A stretch of 64,000 nt of DNA from Octopus vulgaris (taxonomy: Eukaryota). Both the position numbers and the translations under genes were made by a program. The stretch is from contig OX597815.1 of assembly GCA_951406725.2 (NCBI GenBank), positions 20,336,001 through 20,400,000 on the forward strand, given 5' to 3'. Below the pieces are notes generated by a model, which saw only the letters and a program-made list of their open reading frames with translations, made no database searches and was not told where the DNA came from. Below are positions 14,095-26,860 of this stretch, in pieces (within the stretch, counting starts at the first letter, position 1; every line of letters starts with the position of its first letter).

Positions 14095-14915
14095 GCAGGC
14101 ATGGTTTTCTGGTCGAGAAGTTTGCTTCCCAACCACTTGATTTCAGAGTTATGCTGTCGAGAACTTCGATTCCTAGTAGGGCCACCCAAGGCGGATTGGT
14201 CTGACACCTAGTGGTATTAGGGCCACAACCTGGCAGATGGGGCTCTGGTTAAAATCCTCGGAGCGTCTGTTTCGGCAACCGGCTGCTCCTCGGTCATTCT
14301 GTCCCTGCGTCTGCGGACAATCTGCGGCAAACAGGATGTCTCTACATGCGGGATTGTTGGGGACTGCTTGTGAAATTCATATTCCCACGAAACTTCTTCC
14401 ACTGCTATGGTTTGAGATGCCTCGAGGGTGGTAGAAGAAGCTGACTCAACCTGCCCAGGGTGAATGTTGCCACAAGTACAAGTACAACCGCTTGGTTTTG
14501 GGTTCAGTCCCTACTGCACGGTACATTGGGCAAAGTGTCTTTTTTTTTTGCTCCAGACTGATTAAAACCTTATGAGTGGATTTGGTAGATTGAAACTGAA
14601 AGAAGCCTGTCATTTGTGTGTGTGTGTGTGAAGAAGAAAGTGAAAGAGAGTGTAGGAGTGTATTTGTATCATTTTGTCTAACATTGTGGAATAGTTGTAA
14701 ATGAGTGCCATTGTCGTACAAGCAGTGTTATTTCTAACATTGTGAAAACATGTCCAGCCAAGGGAAAATGTTACCCTGCTTGGAAATGGGTAAGGGCTGG
14801 TGACAGGAAGGGCTTTCAGCTATAGAAAATCTACCTCGATAAACTCTGTGTGGCCCATGCAAGCTAGGAAAAGTGGACGTTAAAATGATGATGATAATAC
14901 TAATGATGATGATGA
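14095..14915 (+). mobile_element. Older CORE-type SINE with an RTE-like (GAT)n tail, interrupted by an insertion of about 335 bp (about 14150-14485)
   Basis: Head motif caacc(a/g)cttg..tt...gtt is duplicated on both sides of the insert. Then TTGGGCAAAGTGTCTT, and the tail AAAAGTGGACGTTAAAATGATGATGAT. Confidence 0.7.
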
Positions 14916-15509
14916 GATGATGATAATATGGTCTTATTTTTACAGCAGCAATGTCCTGAAAGTAACCAGGAAATAATATCGTTATATGATTGTTGTTCTC
15001 ATAATTTATATTAATTTAGTACTAGAATATTAGAAAATTAAAAATAATGCAAAGTAATTACATCCCTAATTACACTAATAACAAAGTTTTCCATTAGAAA
15101 TAAAAATAAATTATCAAATTAAGAAATGTATTTGAATCCTTAAGTACACTTACCAATTATTTTTAACATTGGTAAATAGTTCTTTTTGCTTTTTTTTTTT
15201 TTCATTTTTAGAGAAATATTTTCTGCAATTATCTCAAGAAATAATAAACTTTATTTGCAACTACTACAAAATAGAATTTTTAATATTTGCTGTTGTTTGG
15301 AATTTACCTAATCAATGAAATTTTTGTTTGAATTTCTTTTTCGTTTTTGTAATTTAAAATTCTGAAGAAACTGGTAGTGATCTGTGTGAGCAAAATTTAT
15401 TGAAATATTTGAGTTTGGATAAGTTTCTATGTCACGAGGAGATGTGGAATTTGCTGTTTTAGGACTGGCTTTTCGCTGAGGTGCTTAGTAAACACTGAGA
15501 AATATTTAG

Positions 15510-15874
15510 TGGTATTTAGTGATCTCATTCTCATTCTCGCTCACAACATCATAAGCGGAAAGTGTAACCTCTCGAAAGAGCTGTTCTTCACTCCTGCTCC
15601 AGAGCGTCGGCTGCTGGGTCATTCCGAAAAGCTCTACCTGCGACGATTTCATCTCAATCAAAGGAGAGGAGCTTTCTCTGTCCGGGTTGCGGATCCGTGG
15701 AACAAGCTGCCAGACGAGATGGTGAAGATGCTGACGACCGCTTTGTTCAAAGTCTCCCTTGACCTCAAGTGGCCTGAACTCTTTACATGAACACCACCCT
15801 GTACTTAACTCCATGTTCCCCTACATGGCCTTGCTATTTGCTTTTGAGCCAAATTAACTAACTAACTAACTAAC
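15510..15874 (+). mobile_element. CR1/L2-group LINE 3' end with (TAAC)n tail
   Basis: LLGHSEKL...RRGAFSVRVADPWNKLP...FKVSLD is a typical CR1-group ORF2 C-terminus. It is followed by a stop, a short UTR and a tandem tail. Confidence 0.85.
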
Positions 15875-16187
15875 ATTACCATACAAAGTTCGAAGATAAT
15901 GGTGAGGAAATGTAAGAAAAAATTAAATTAACTTAGCTTTTTGTATTGTTAGGACCAAGTTTGTGTGTGTGAAGTGATTACAATTTTATGAGTAAGTAGA
16001 GGCCAGTGGATACAGATGACAAAGTTCAGTCTGTGGATATAGAGAAGAACATTGATATAAAGGTAGAGGTCAAAGTACACAAATGACAAAGGTCAGATTG
16101 TATACATGTGGGGGTAAAATGAAAATAATTTCATGGGTGTCCAGATAGGGGTTCAGTGGTTGGATACACACACAAACACATACATCA

Positions 16188-16980
16188 TTGTCATCATCAT
16201 CATTTAACATCTGTTGTCCATGCTGGCATGGGTTGGATGCTTTGACCTGGGTTGGCAAGCTGAGTGGAGGCACCAGGCTCCAGTTTGATTTGGCATAGTT
16301 TCTATGGCTAGATGCCGTCCCTAATGCCAACCACTCCAAGAGTGTAATGGGTGCTTTTACGCTCCACTGGCACAGGTGCCAGTTGCATGGCACCAGTATC
16401 TTCCACAACTACGATTTCATTTGGTTTGATGGGTCTTCTTTTCAAGCACAACATATTGCCGAAGGTGTCATTGCCTCCCTGAGGCCCAATATTCGAAAAG
16501 TGCTTTTCACATGCTACCAGCACAGATACTAACTACTCGATACCAGTATTGGCCACATTGCCTCCATGAGGTGCTTTTTATGTGCCACTGGCATGGGTGC
16601 TAGTTATGTGACACCAGCATTGGCCACATTGCCTCCATGAGGCTCAACGCTCAAAAGGTGCTTTTACGTGGCACTAGAACGTGTGCCAGTGACATGACAC
16701 CAGCATTGGCCACGACCATGATTTCACTTGGCTTGACGGGTCTTCTCAAGCATGGCATATCACTAAAGGTCTCAGACACTTATCATTGCATTTGTGAGGC
16801 CCAATGTTTGGAGATCATGCTTCAACACCTTGTCCCATGTCTTCCTGAGTCTACCTCTTCCACAGGTTCCCTCCACAGAGATCGGGACTTCTTTATACAA
16901 CTGTCCTCATCCATATACATCACATGACCATACCAGTGTGGTCGTCTCTCTTGCACACCACATCTGATGCCTCTTGTGCC
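16188..16980 (-). mobile_element. RTE-type LINE 3' part including the ORF end
   Basis: Minus-strand RGIRCGVQERRPHWYGHVMYMDE is continuous with the abundant (GAT)n-tailed repeat. Confidence 0.8.
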
Positions 16981-17559
16981 CATATTTATTATTAATTAGT
17001 AGAAGTTACAGTGACCCAGGGGCCAAGTGTTTCATGTGTTTTGTGCTCTATTTTCCTGTTTGTATCACCAAACCTGTATGTACCCTTCCATCATAGCAAC
17101 TTTGCTTTTCTAGTTGCAAGTTCTACTAAAAGCACTCATTTCACACTATAAAGTGGTTGGTATCAGAAAGGGTGTGCAGCCATAGAAACCATGCCAAAAA
17201 TGAAATCAGTGTCAAAATATGTCCTCTGGCCAGTTGAATCCTACTGAAACGTTCTGTCCATGCCAGCATGAAAAATTAGATGTTAAATGGGGGTGATGGT
17301 GATATATATGTGTATATGTATATTTTGTGTTAATTTTATTCTATTATGTTAAAGAAACTTTATGAATAAACATTTACAGGTGGGGAGACTCAATACTAAA
17401 AGACACAAATTTATTATAAAATTCCTTTTGACTAGGACTTTATTATTATTTTTATTAAACATTTTCTGAAAAAAATGTTAAAGCTTGTGGTAGAGGATGT
17501 GACAAGTGTGAAAATCAGTTACTCCCTTTCATTTTTGTGAGAATGCTGGGTACTGTGTT

Positions 17560-18360
17560 ATTCATGAACTTCAGACATTGAGATATGTTTAGTAGAATAC
17601 CCAGAGAAGTTGAAATATGGGCCATGGGTCTGCCCAGAATCCAATGGAAAATGTCATGGGGTTGTTTTCAAAAACAGTCATGTATCAGTATGATAATTTT
17701 CCTATCCTATAATACATTGCAAAGTTAGTATGTAATGCAGTAGCTGATGTTTGTAGAAGTGCAACTAAAGTGTTGAGTGATGATGTTCTGGTATTTTGAG
17801 TCAGTTATGGTTGTGGTGTTTGAGACAAAGGGGCGAGTATGGCATTTAGGACAAGAACATTCGAAATACCAAACTGAATGTGGTTGCAAACTTCTAAAGC
17901 AGCTTTAGAAATTTCAGTCTCTTTTGAAGGAGAGATGAGGTGGTGTAGAAAATATTGAAGAGTTTACAGGGTCAGAATATAGAAAGTAGATGTTATGGTA
18001 GAAGGGTAGTTAGGTGCAAAATAAGGTGGCTGGGGTTCTAAGAAAGGCATTCAGAACAGAACCCATGAGATCATGGAAGAGGTACATCTCCTCGGATTTA
18101 GTGAAAGTCAGAGTTGCTGTTGCACATTCAGTGGAGACAAAGAAATTAAGAGAAGATAGATTTGTTGTGTGTGGTGAGAGGAGGAATAATTGATATACAA
18201 TTTGGAAACCAGTGGTCTTATTGTATGTAGAGATGGACAGGTGGATATTGTTGATAGAAATAAATATTTAGAGAGCTAACAGAAGTGTTGGATCTTGTGT
18301 AAATGAATTCCAGTGTAGGGCGAAAATCATTGGTGGAGAAGTTCATCATTTGTGAGAGAA
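17560..18360 (-). mobile_element. Highly decayed Penelope-like element (RT thumb and GIY-YIG region)
   Basis: Minus-strand NDFRPTLEFIYTRSNTSV...STYNKTT and HFSCTSTNISYCITY*LCNVL resemble PLE motifs FHPxLxFT, YxKPT and FTCTSxNxxYCIxC. Confidence 0.6.
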
Positions 18361-21300
18361 TAGCTCAGTTGCAGTCATATGCTTTATAGTTGGCTCAGTG
18401 AACTGCCCCAGCATTTGGGCCTTATTATGGTTAACTAAAAGTTTTGTGTATTTTTATAGCTGCCTTCAAAATATTTTTTTTTCTTATGTTCAAATCTTCT
18501 TCTGATGAAAGTTGTAACATTTAAAATATTAAACTGTACTTGGTTGCTGTTAATGACATCAGTACAGACATCAGAGTATAATACGAAAGATATTGATGGA
18601 AGAAGCATAAGTTTTTTATTGTGTCAGTGAAAGAAACTACATAGTCATTCAACTTACTAGAGATAGCACCTAAATCTCTCTCAAAAGCAAACTTATTTTC
18701 TTAAATCTGGACACTTCAGTTAATGCAGTGTACATACTTTGATAAAAATGGGATGTTTATGCTTTTGGTCATAAGTTTGAAAATCAGTATTGAAAGTATG
18801 GCTAAACAATATAACACAAATGTTTATGAATATCTGCATTTATAAATAAGTTTTTTCTATAAATATACTTTACTTTAAGTAGGTGTTATATTATGCCTTT
18901 GAATAAGGTCCAATTCTGTAAACCTCATTAGAAGAGAAGTGCCATTGTTGTCTTCAGTAAGTAGGTCCTTTTACCCTAATCCTATTCCACTTTCACTTGA
19001 CAACCACTCCAAAGGATTATTATTTAAAAAAATTGTTGAAGTTTTAAAAAGGAAAATTTGAAATTATCATTACAAGAAATATTCAGTAAAACATGTATAG
19101 CTATTTCATTGATCTTAGCAGTGCATATATTACATTCTTTACAGTAATAATTAATTATATCAAAACCCTTTGGATTGAAAGAAAGCTATACAGCAAGGGT
19201 TAAAAAAATTACCCCCCCAAAGAAAAAATGGCAAGAAAGTTTAAAACTAACGGACAGCTTTGCAGTTGTTAACTCAACACTAGTCCTACAAGTATCAATC
19301 AAAATATATCAACTTCCTGGTAACTTTCATGTTAAGCCTATTCTCATTAATATAACACTGAATTTCGGGAATTTCGGGATGATAATAAGCAGAAATTAGT
19401 GGGTGCTACATTTTGTTTTCAGTGGTAAGGCTGGGTAGTCAAACTGGTAAAGCTGTTTACAGAAGTTGTTCAACCATTTTCCCTTTTATTTCCTTGTTAG
19501 TCTAAAACTTAGATTTTTCTATAAGAGTTTGTATTTTTTTGTTATGTGTATGTAGTTGAAAATTAAATACCCCATCCATGTAAATACTCTGTTTTTTTTT
19601 TTACAGGACAGTTAATTGTATCAGTTAAGCATGGCTACTTCAGATTTGTAACATTGGATTTAAATATATCAATCATCATCATCATCGTTGTCATCGTTTA
19701 ACATCTGCTTTCCATGCTGGCATGGGTTGGACGGTTTGACTGAGGACTGGCGAGCCAGATGGCTGCACCAGGCTCCACTCTGATCTGGCAGAGCTTCTAC
19801 AAATGGATGCCCTTCCTAACGCTAACCACTCCAAGAGTGTAGTGGGTGCTTTTACGTGGTGCTTTTCAGGTGGTTCTGGCCACAGCATCAATGTAGTAAG
19901 AAATAAGGAGTCAAAAAAATGGGTATGATGAAACTCTGATAAATCTCTTTAATAAATTACCCTAAAGGCATTCTTGGGAGAAGAGTTATCAAGAGACTGT
20001 GTAGTGGCTGCATGGGAAAAGTATATGTTATTATAGATGTGATCTATCATCTGAGAAAAGGGGAGTATAACTGAGTTGTAAAAAAAATATAGACATAGGA
20101 TGTGAATGGATGATATATGATTGTTGCAAAGTAACCATAGAATTTTAAAGATGTTTAATCTAAATAGTTAAACCAAATGTGAAAATGTTAAACTTTAGGT
20201 GAAGTGAGATACATGAAGAATGGAAAGTAGAACTGTAGCCATATCAGCAAAGGAAAACAAATGTTAATATACTGAGATAGTTTACTCACTGATAGTGGTA
20301 AACATAGAGCTCCATGTTATATAATTATTGATATCTTTCTCCATGAGTAGCTTGTATTTATTTAAGATACTTATAAAACCTGACTTGAATCTCCCAGTAG
20401 TACACTATAATGTGTCTCACAGATACAGCATATAAGGATTTATTGGTATGAAGACAGTAACAAGAAAGAAGTGAAAACTTTCATTTACAAATCTAATATT
20501 GGCTGAAGTTCAAAGATTGATTTTAAACACATATATAACAAAAATATTGATTTCTTGTTTCATTGATTTCATATAAACTCAATAATAGTATTGATGAAAA
20601 GTTTATTGAAAGTATTCATTTTCTTTTTCTTTTAACTAATATAATATATAGCTCACATTGAAACAAACATTCAAAAGATAAGGCTTTATCTTTCTCATAT
20701 AGAGAACACAATTATAATTTTACCTAATGTACAAGTACGTTTGCGTATTGAATGTTATAAAATACGCATAGAAATATGACACTTCTTTTATCAATTCTAC
20801 TTATAATCTGCTCTTAATTTGCACATTCTTTGATGTATATCAATCAAAGACATTGGCTATAAGGCTAATTGTGACATTTACTTTTGATATATATCTTCAG
20901 TTAAATACATCAGACTTAACCTATTTGCTGATTCGGTAGTAGTTTTCTGTTTTTGAATTTTCTATTAATTTTTTTGCTTAGATTAACGCAGTGATGCCAG
21001 AACCTATAACCTCTAGTGACACTTCTGTAATTAGAGAGAGCGTAAAGATTTTTAATTGTTTGTATTTAATCAATGGAATAGAGTTAGTACCCATTCCTTT
21101 TGTAATCTATCTCAGATTGCTGGAATCAACCTAGTTGATGTTCTGCTTGAACTTTTTGTAAATCAGTTCAGTATGGAAAAATGTGTGAACTGCAATTCCA
21201 AAAGATGGCAATTTTTGAAAGCGTTTAATTTGATATAGGGTTTTAGTGTGTAACAAAGGTGGGGTGATGAGAGGAGAAGTTGCAGAGGCATTGGGTGCTT

Positions 21301-22707
21301 GTTGGTTTGGAGTAAAAAAAAAAAAAAAGACTGCTGCAGTAGCAGCAGAGACAGGTGTGTTAAGTTAGTGGAAATAGATGTTGGTGAGAAAATGTAGAAT
21401 TCTATAGAGAGATAACTTTTGAGAGAATAATAACTTGGTAAAGAAGTCATCTCTGTCATTTTCTTTATTATCTATAAATTACTTAGGAGATGAGGTACAG
21501 AGCCCATCACCTTTGTGAACCCTCTCAGACAGGTGTAACTGATGTGGCTGATGCTTAGACTTAACAGTTACTAATGTATGTGTAGGAGTAGACTATACGT
21601 GTGTATATGTATATTTTATTTTTGAATATATGTGCTTGAGTACATATATGCACATATAGTAATTGGATCTGCTGTCGGTTTCATTGATGAGTATTCCAGT
21701 TGCTTAATTAGCAGAACTACCTACTCGTTGAATTATAAGCGTCAGTGGCTGAGAATTCCACAAACACTTGTATTCTTAACATAATTCTTAGTGAAATAGA
21801 ATCAACATAACACTGTATTTTAAAGCAGGCTCTTTAAATTACAGGTGGTCCTTTGCATAGCCTTTCATGCAGTTTCTATCTTCTTGCTTTTACTCACAAG
21901 GCTTGGGTTGATTGGAGACTAGTAAAAGAACTTGTCCAAGATGGTATGCAATCAGAGAGAACTTGGGACCGCATGATTGTGGAGTGCACCTCTCAACTAG
22001 TTAGCCATGCCATGTACTCATATCTTTTCTTTTACTTGTTTCAGTCATTGGACTGCTGCAATACTGGGGCACTGCCTTGGAGGGCTCTAGTCAAACAAAT
22101 TGACCCTAGTATTTAATTTTTTTTATAAGCCTGATACTTATTCTATCAGTCTCTTATTCCAAACTGCTAAGTTACAAGGATGTAGAGATGTGTGTGAGGG
22201 GCAAAGACAAAGTGATTAGGTTGACAGTATGGAAGAGGAGAAAGAAATGAGAGAGCTAGTAATGGTAGCTGGTAATGAGAGAGAGAGAGAGCAAATAGAT
22301 TATTGTTAAAATGGTTGTGAAATAATGAGTAATTTGGGGTGGGTGGAAATAAGGATGACATGTAGAAATAAAAACAAGTGAGTGCCAGTGACAAGTGATA
22401 AGGATAGGAATGGTAAGAGAGAGAGAGAGATGTCAGTGGAGCTGTAATATTGGGTATCAGCAGATCCCATTGCAAGCCTTCATTATGCAAAGGGGTAGGA
22501 AGTTACAAGTAGCGGTAGCGGATTCAGTGTGAACAGATCTAGAATTTCCCCTGGTGCTGGTGGCATAGTGTGGTGAATAGATGAGATGGTAATACTTGAG
22601 TGTGTACCAAGTAGGCAAGAGGACTAGCAGACAGAGACTTAGCAGTTACAAAATAGGCAAAAGACCTAGATGTTGGTATATATCCTGGTCTCTATCATTA
22701 CACTACA

Positions 22708-23101
22708 CTTTTACTTGTTTCAGTCATTTGACTGCGGCCATGCTGGAGCACCGCCTTTAATCGAGCAACTCGACCCTGGGACTTATTCTTTTGTAAGCCC
22801 AGTACTTATTCTATCGGTCTCTTTTGCCGAACCGCTAAGTAACGGGGACATAAACACACCAGCATCGGTTGTCAAGCAATGCTAGGGGAACAAACACAGA
22901 CACACAAACACGCACACACACATATATATACATATATATATGACGGGCTTCTTTAAGTTTCCGTCTACCAAATCTACTCACAAGGCTTTGGTCGGCCCGA
23001 GGCTATAGTAGAAGACACTTGCCCAAGATGCCACGCAGTGGGACTGAACCCGGAACCATGTGGTTGGTAAACAAGCTACTTACCACACAGCCACTCCTGC
23101 G
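22708..23101 (-). mobile_element. CORE-type SINE, young copy
   Basis: Reverse complement of the 34726-35150 family. Confidence 0.88.
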
Positions 23102-23219
23102 TCATATATGTGTATATCTTTTTCTTGGTGAGAATTACTTCTGAGCAGAATCTCCAAGACTGATGGAGTGAAAGAAACATTTCACACTGGTCTCCCCCTC
23201 CCTCTCTCTATATATGTAT

Positions 23220-23484
23220 GTACTTCATTATTTACATTATTTACATTCAACGGATATTTGCCCTCATCTTGTTTGTTGTTAACTCAACATTTTGGCTGAT
23301 ATACCCTCCAGCTTTCTTCAGGTGTCTTGGGGGAAATTTCAAACCTGGGTTCTCATTCTCAGGATATTTTTTTGATATTATTATTATTATTATTATTATT
23401 GTTAGTGCTCAGGTCACTGCTTGGAATTGAACTCGGAATCTTAGGGTTAGTAGTCTGCGCTCTTAACCACTACGCCATATGCCC
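23220..23484 (-). mobile_element. tRNA-headed SINE with (AAT)n linker and a hammerhead-like segment
   Basis: Minus strand has A box TGGCGTAGTGG, B box GAGTTCAATTCC, (AAT)n, then CTGAAGA...CAGCCAAAATGTT, ending in (TAAATAATG)2. Confidence 0.7.
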
Positions 23485-24752
23485 AATGGTGTTATTTTCT
23501 TTTCAGTTTGGACTCTTTTCTTCTTTTGTTTTTTCTCTCTCAGTGCTTCTTGCTTATGTTCTTCAAGTTTGATAGGATCACTTCTTATTTTCTTCCTGAA
23601 CTTCTTTCTGTACTAGAAGCCATTATTTGAACCCGAGTACTCACAAACACAACAAGTCAGCCTTTTGAAGAAAGCTACATGGTCTTGCACTATCTCATAA
23701 TGCAACACATGTGGTGAACTAATACCCATGCTCAGACTTGCAAAACATTGGCATTCAAGAGAAAAAAATGCCATAAACTGTGCTGTCATGATTTCACTGC
23801 CAAAACTGTTTTTTTTCTTCTTTTACTTCAGATTTATAATTACTCACTCATGAACTCATCATGAGCTTTCATTTGAATGGTCACACTTTGGGTTTTTGTT
23901 TTTGTTTACTTGTTAAAGGTTTGGAATTACAGTCACCATTAAAAATGTAGAGTTTTCCAACATCAAGATATATATTAAATTGGGCTTTTGTTTGATCAAT
24001 CCACTTGTTTCAATCTATAATATACACATAATATATACATATTTATCCAAATGTTGTAGTTTCAAAAGGATCATTCTACAGGTTCAGAAAGCCACATCAG
24101 GCTTATTTTCATTGGACTTTAACACACTTTTGAGTATTTATGATTTGCTAGTCTCTCTTGAAGGTTTAAACTTGCATCAAAATGAAATATATCATTGAAG
24201 CTACTATAGCTATTATCACCACTTTAGATAAGACCTGTTGGACTTTACACTTTTTCTGCAACAGATTTCCCCTCTGCAACAAAATTTCCCCCTCCACCAC
24301 AAAGAAATACTTATGTACCTTAGACAGAACAAAAAAAAACAAAACATCTGGCCATTTTGAAAATGTTATTGAGTAGCTCTGGCCTAAAAACAGATGTTCT
24401 GAAATGCAAGTTCTGAATTGGCTATTTGTGTGAGAACTAACAAGCCTTAAAATGTTGCGGAGGGGAAAATCATTTATTGGACAAGTAACACTGCTATTTC
24501 TTTGAAGCAGATTTAGGTGTTCAATATTACTGAATATTCGTTCCCTTGAGGAGTCCATGTCCCAGTACTTTTAACCAGTTTAAGTTTTTTTCTATTTCTC
24601 TCTAGCAAAAAAAAAAAAAAAAAAAAAAATTTCTTCTCCACAATGGCTGAAATTAGAAATTATGAAAATTGTGATAATTTAGGCATAAGCAACAGTAGAC
24701 TGAGAATCATTTTTCCTGTTTTCATAAACTATGACCATTATGCAAAAAATTA

Positions 24753-26860
24753 CTGTAAAATCCCATGTAGTTTGTGCACCTATGTAATTTATGCAGGTGA
24801 TTTTCTAGATAAAAATTGTTAAAAAAAGCTTCTACTCATGTAAAATTTGCACCCAAAAGTTTTCAGAATTGCCGATATGGCCAGGAGGAAAAGGCTTCCC
24901 TTTTTAGTTGTATTTAGCATAATTTCACTTATGATTAGATTTTATTAAAATTTCATTAAATAAAAATAATTTCTGCTTAACAGGTATCGCATTGAAAGCT
25001 ATTAAATTATGAAGTGTGTGTGTTGTTTATAATAAACTATATTTTACATTTCTTGCCCACAAGAGATTATGTCCGATCTTTAGCATACTTCTGTACGCCT
25101 TCTCAAATCACAATCACAGGAAAAGTTGTTGATAATTCTTATCAACAAAAACAAAGCTGATAAATATGCACCAGTGTTGCTTTGATGACACTTTACTCAA
25201 CTGACAGGAAGTTGACCAATCAAACTGATTATGTAAACTGATTGGTCGAAAGTGTCTTCTTGTCTCAAGCTCTGATTTTCCACCTATTCTTGTCAGAACC
25301 ATTGATGCAGAGTATCGAAATTTTAATCTATCAAATTTTAATTTGTCATTACCATTTTAGCTGGGGGACCAAACTGATAGTTTGGCAACTCACTAAAATA
25401 AACATAAAAAACTGAAAGGAGGAAATAAACGGCTTTGCAAGTTTGACTCAGTATTTATTGAACAAGAGGGGTGCGAAATTTAAGAAGTGACTTGTTAGAA
25501 TATACACGTCTGTGAGGAGACATAAACAAGAATAGCAAAAATCTACAATACCAAAAGAGCTGGTAATATATATGTTACAAGTGTTCTATGAAGAGAACAT
25601 AAAAATGGTGCATAATTCAACATGAATGTGAAAGGACATTAAACATCATATAAGATCATCATCATCATCGTTTAACGTCCGCTTTCCATGCTAGCATGGG
25701 TTGGACGATTTTTACTGAGGGCTGGCAAACCAGATGGCTGCACCAGGCTCCAATCTTGATTTGGCAGAGTTTTTACAGCTGGATGCCCTTCCTAACGCCA
25801 ACCACTCCAAGAGTGTAGTGGGTGCTTTTTACGTGCCACCGGATGAAAGTTTCTGTAGGAACGCTAAGTCATATCCACTTAGCGAATTATGATGTTGTTG
25901 GTGTTAGATGCAGTAAAATATGGCCTGGACATGAAATTTTTTTCCCCACAAGAGTTCCAGACCCCAGTAATGAACTCATTTGCATACAGCCAATCAGAGC
26001 TTACCTTGAAAATCCACATACTGTGTACTACTACAGTACAGCCAGTCAGGCATAGAATGGTGTATGTCACTCTGTGAGTACAGTATAGCAGGTCTCACAT
26101 AAGCACCACATTAACACCCCCACCCCCCCGGTACTGCATATACCCATTGATATATGCAAGGAGAGCGCAATATGACACAACACCATATTGATTACAATGT
26201 TTCCAGATCAACACCAACAGTTTAAATTAGGAATGTACAAAATCGATCAAAAAATTAGGAAACTTCATTTACATTTTCTAGTAAATTATGCAAATTGGCA
26301 ACACTTATGGCATCATCGGTGAACAGCTCTCCCCTTTATGCACTAAATTTCACATTTGTCACCCCTATTAACCTGTTTAGAACAGTTAGATTTTGCAATA
26401 ATGCACATTTTCCACTGAACTCAACCAGAATATTTTTGTGACTAAGTGGACACTAGATTGATAGTTGAGCTCTGATTGGCTGTATACAAATGAATTCATA
26501 ACTGGGGTCCAGAACTCTCGTGGGAAAAAAATTTCACAGCTCAGACCGTGATTACCAGCATGAACGTCAAACTTCAAAAACTAGTTAACCATTAAATAGT
26601 TTTAGTAAATTTATACAAGAAACATAAGCATTTTACCATCCAGCATGAATAAAAGTTGACTTCATATTTCCTCTGTAAAAACCTATTCTGACATTAAATT
26701 AGTCAACTTCTGGTACAAATGGTACGTCATCTTTCAACAACAACAAAAAAAAAATTTCTGAAAAAATTCTGGAAATGATCTACTCAGCTAATTTATGCAC
26801 CCACTAAAGTTTTTTTTTGTTTTTGTGAAAAAAGTGCGTAAATTACATGGGTTTTTATGG
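24753..26860. mobile_element. Non-autonomous pogo/Tc2-like DNA transposon with nested insertions
   Basis: Imperfect 27-bp TIRs: TA|CTGTAAAATCCCATGTAGTTTGTGCAC versus GTGCGTAAATTACATGGGTTTTTATGG. Confidence 0.6.
25919..26550. mobile_element. MITE with inverted repeats of about 85 bp (CACGG terminus; superfamily uncertain)
   Basis: 25919-26003 is the reverse complement of about 26466-26550. The ORF track also shows mirrored peptides (EFQTPVMNSFAYSQSEL / EFWTPVMNSFVYSQSEL). Confidence 0.75.

Noticed and set aside
19590-19670. Strong-looking acceptor (T-run + ACAG) as an alternative exon
   Set aside because: No clear donor or dynamin-like frame; such motifs are common in AT-rich introns.
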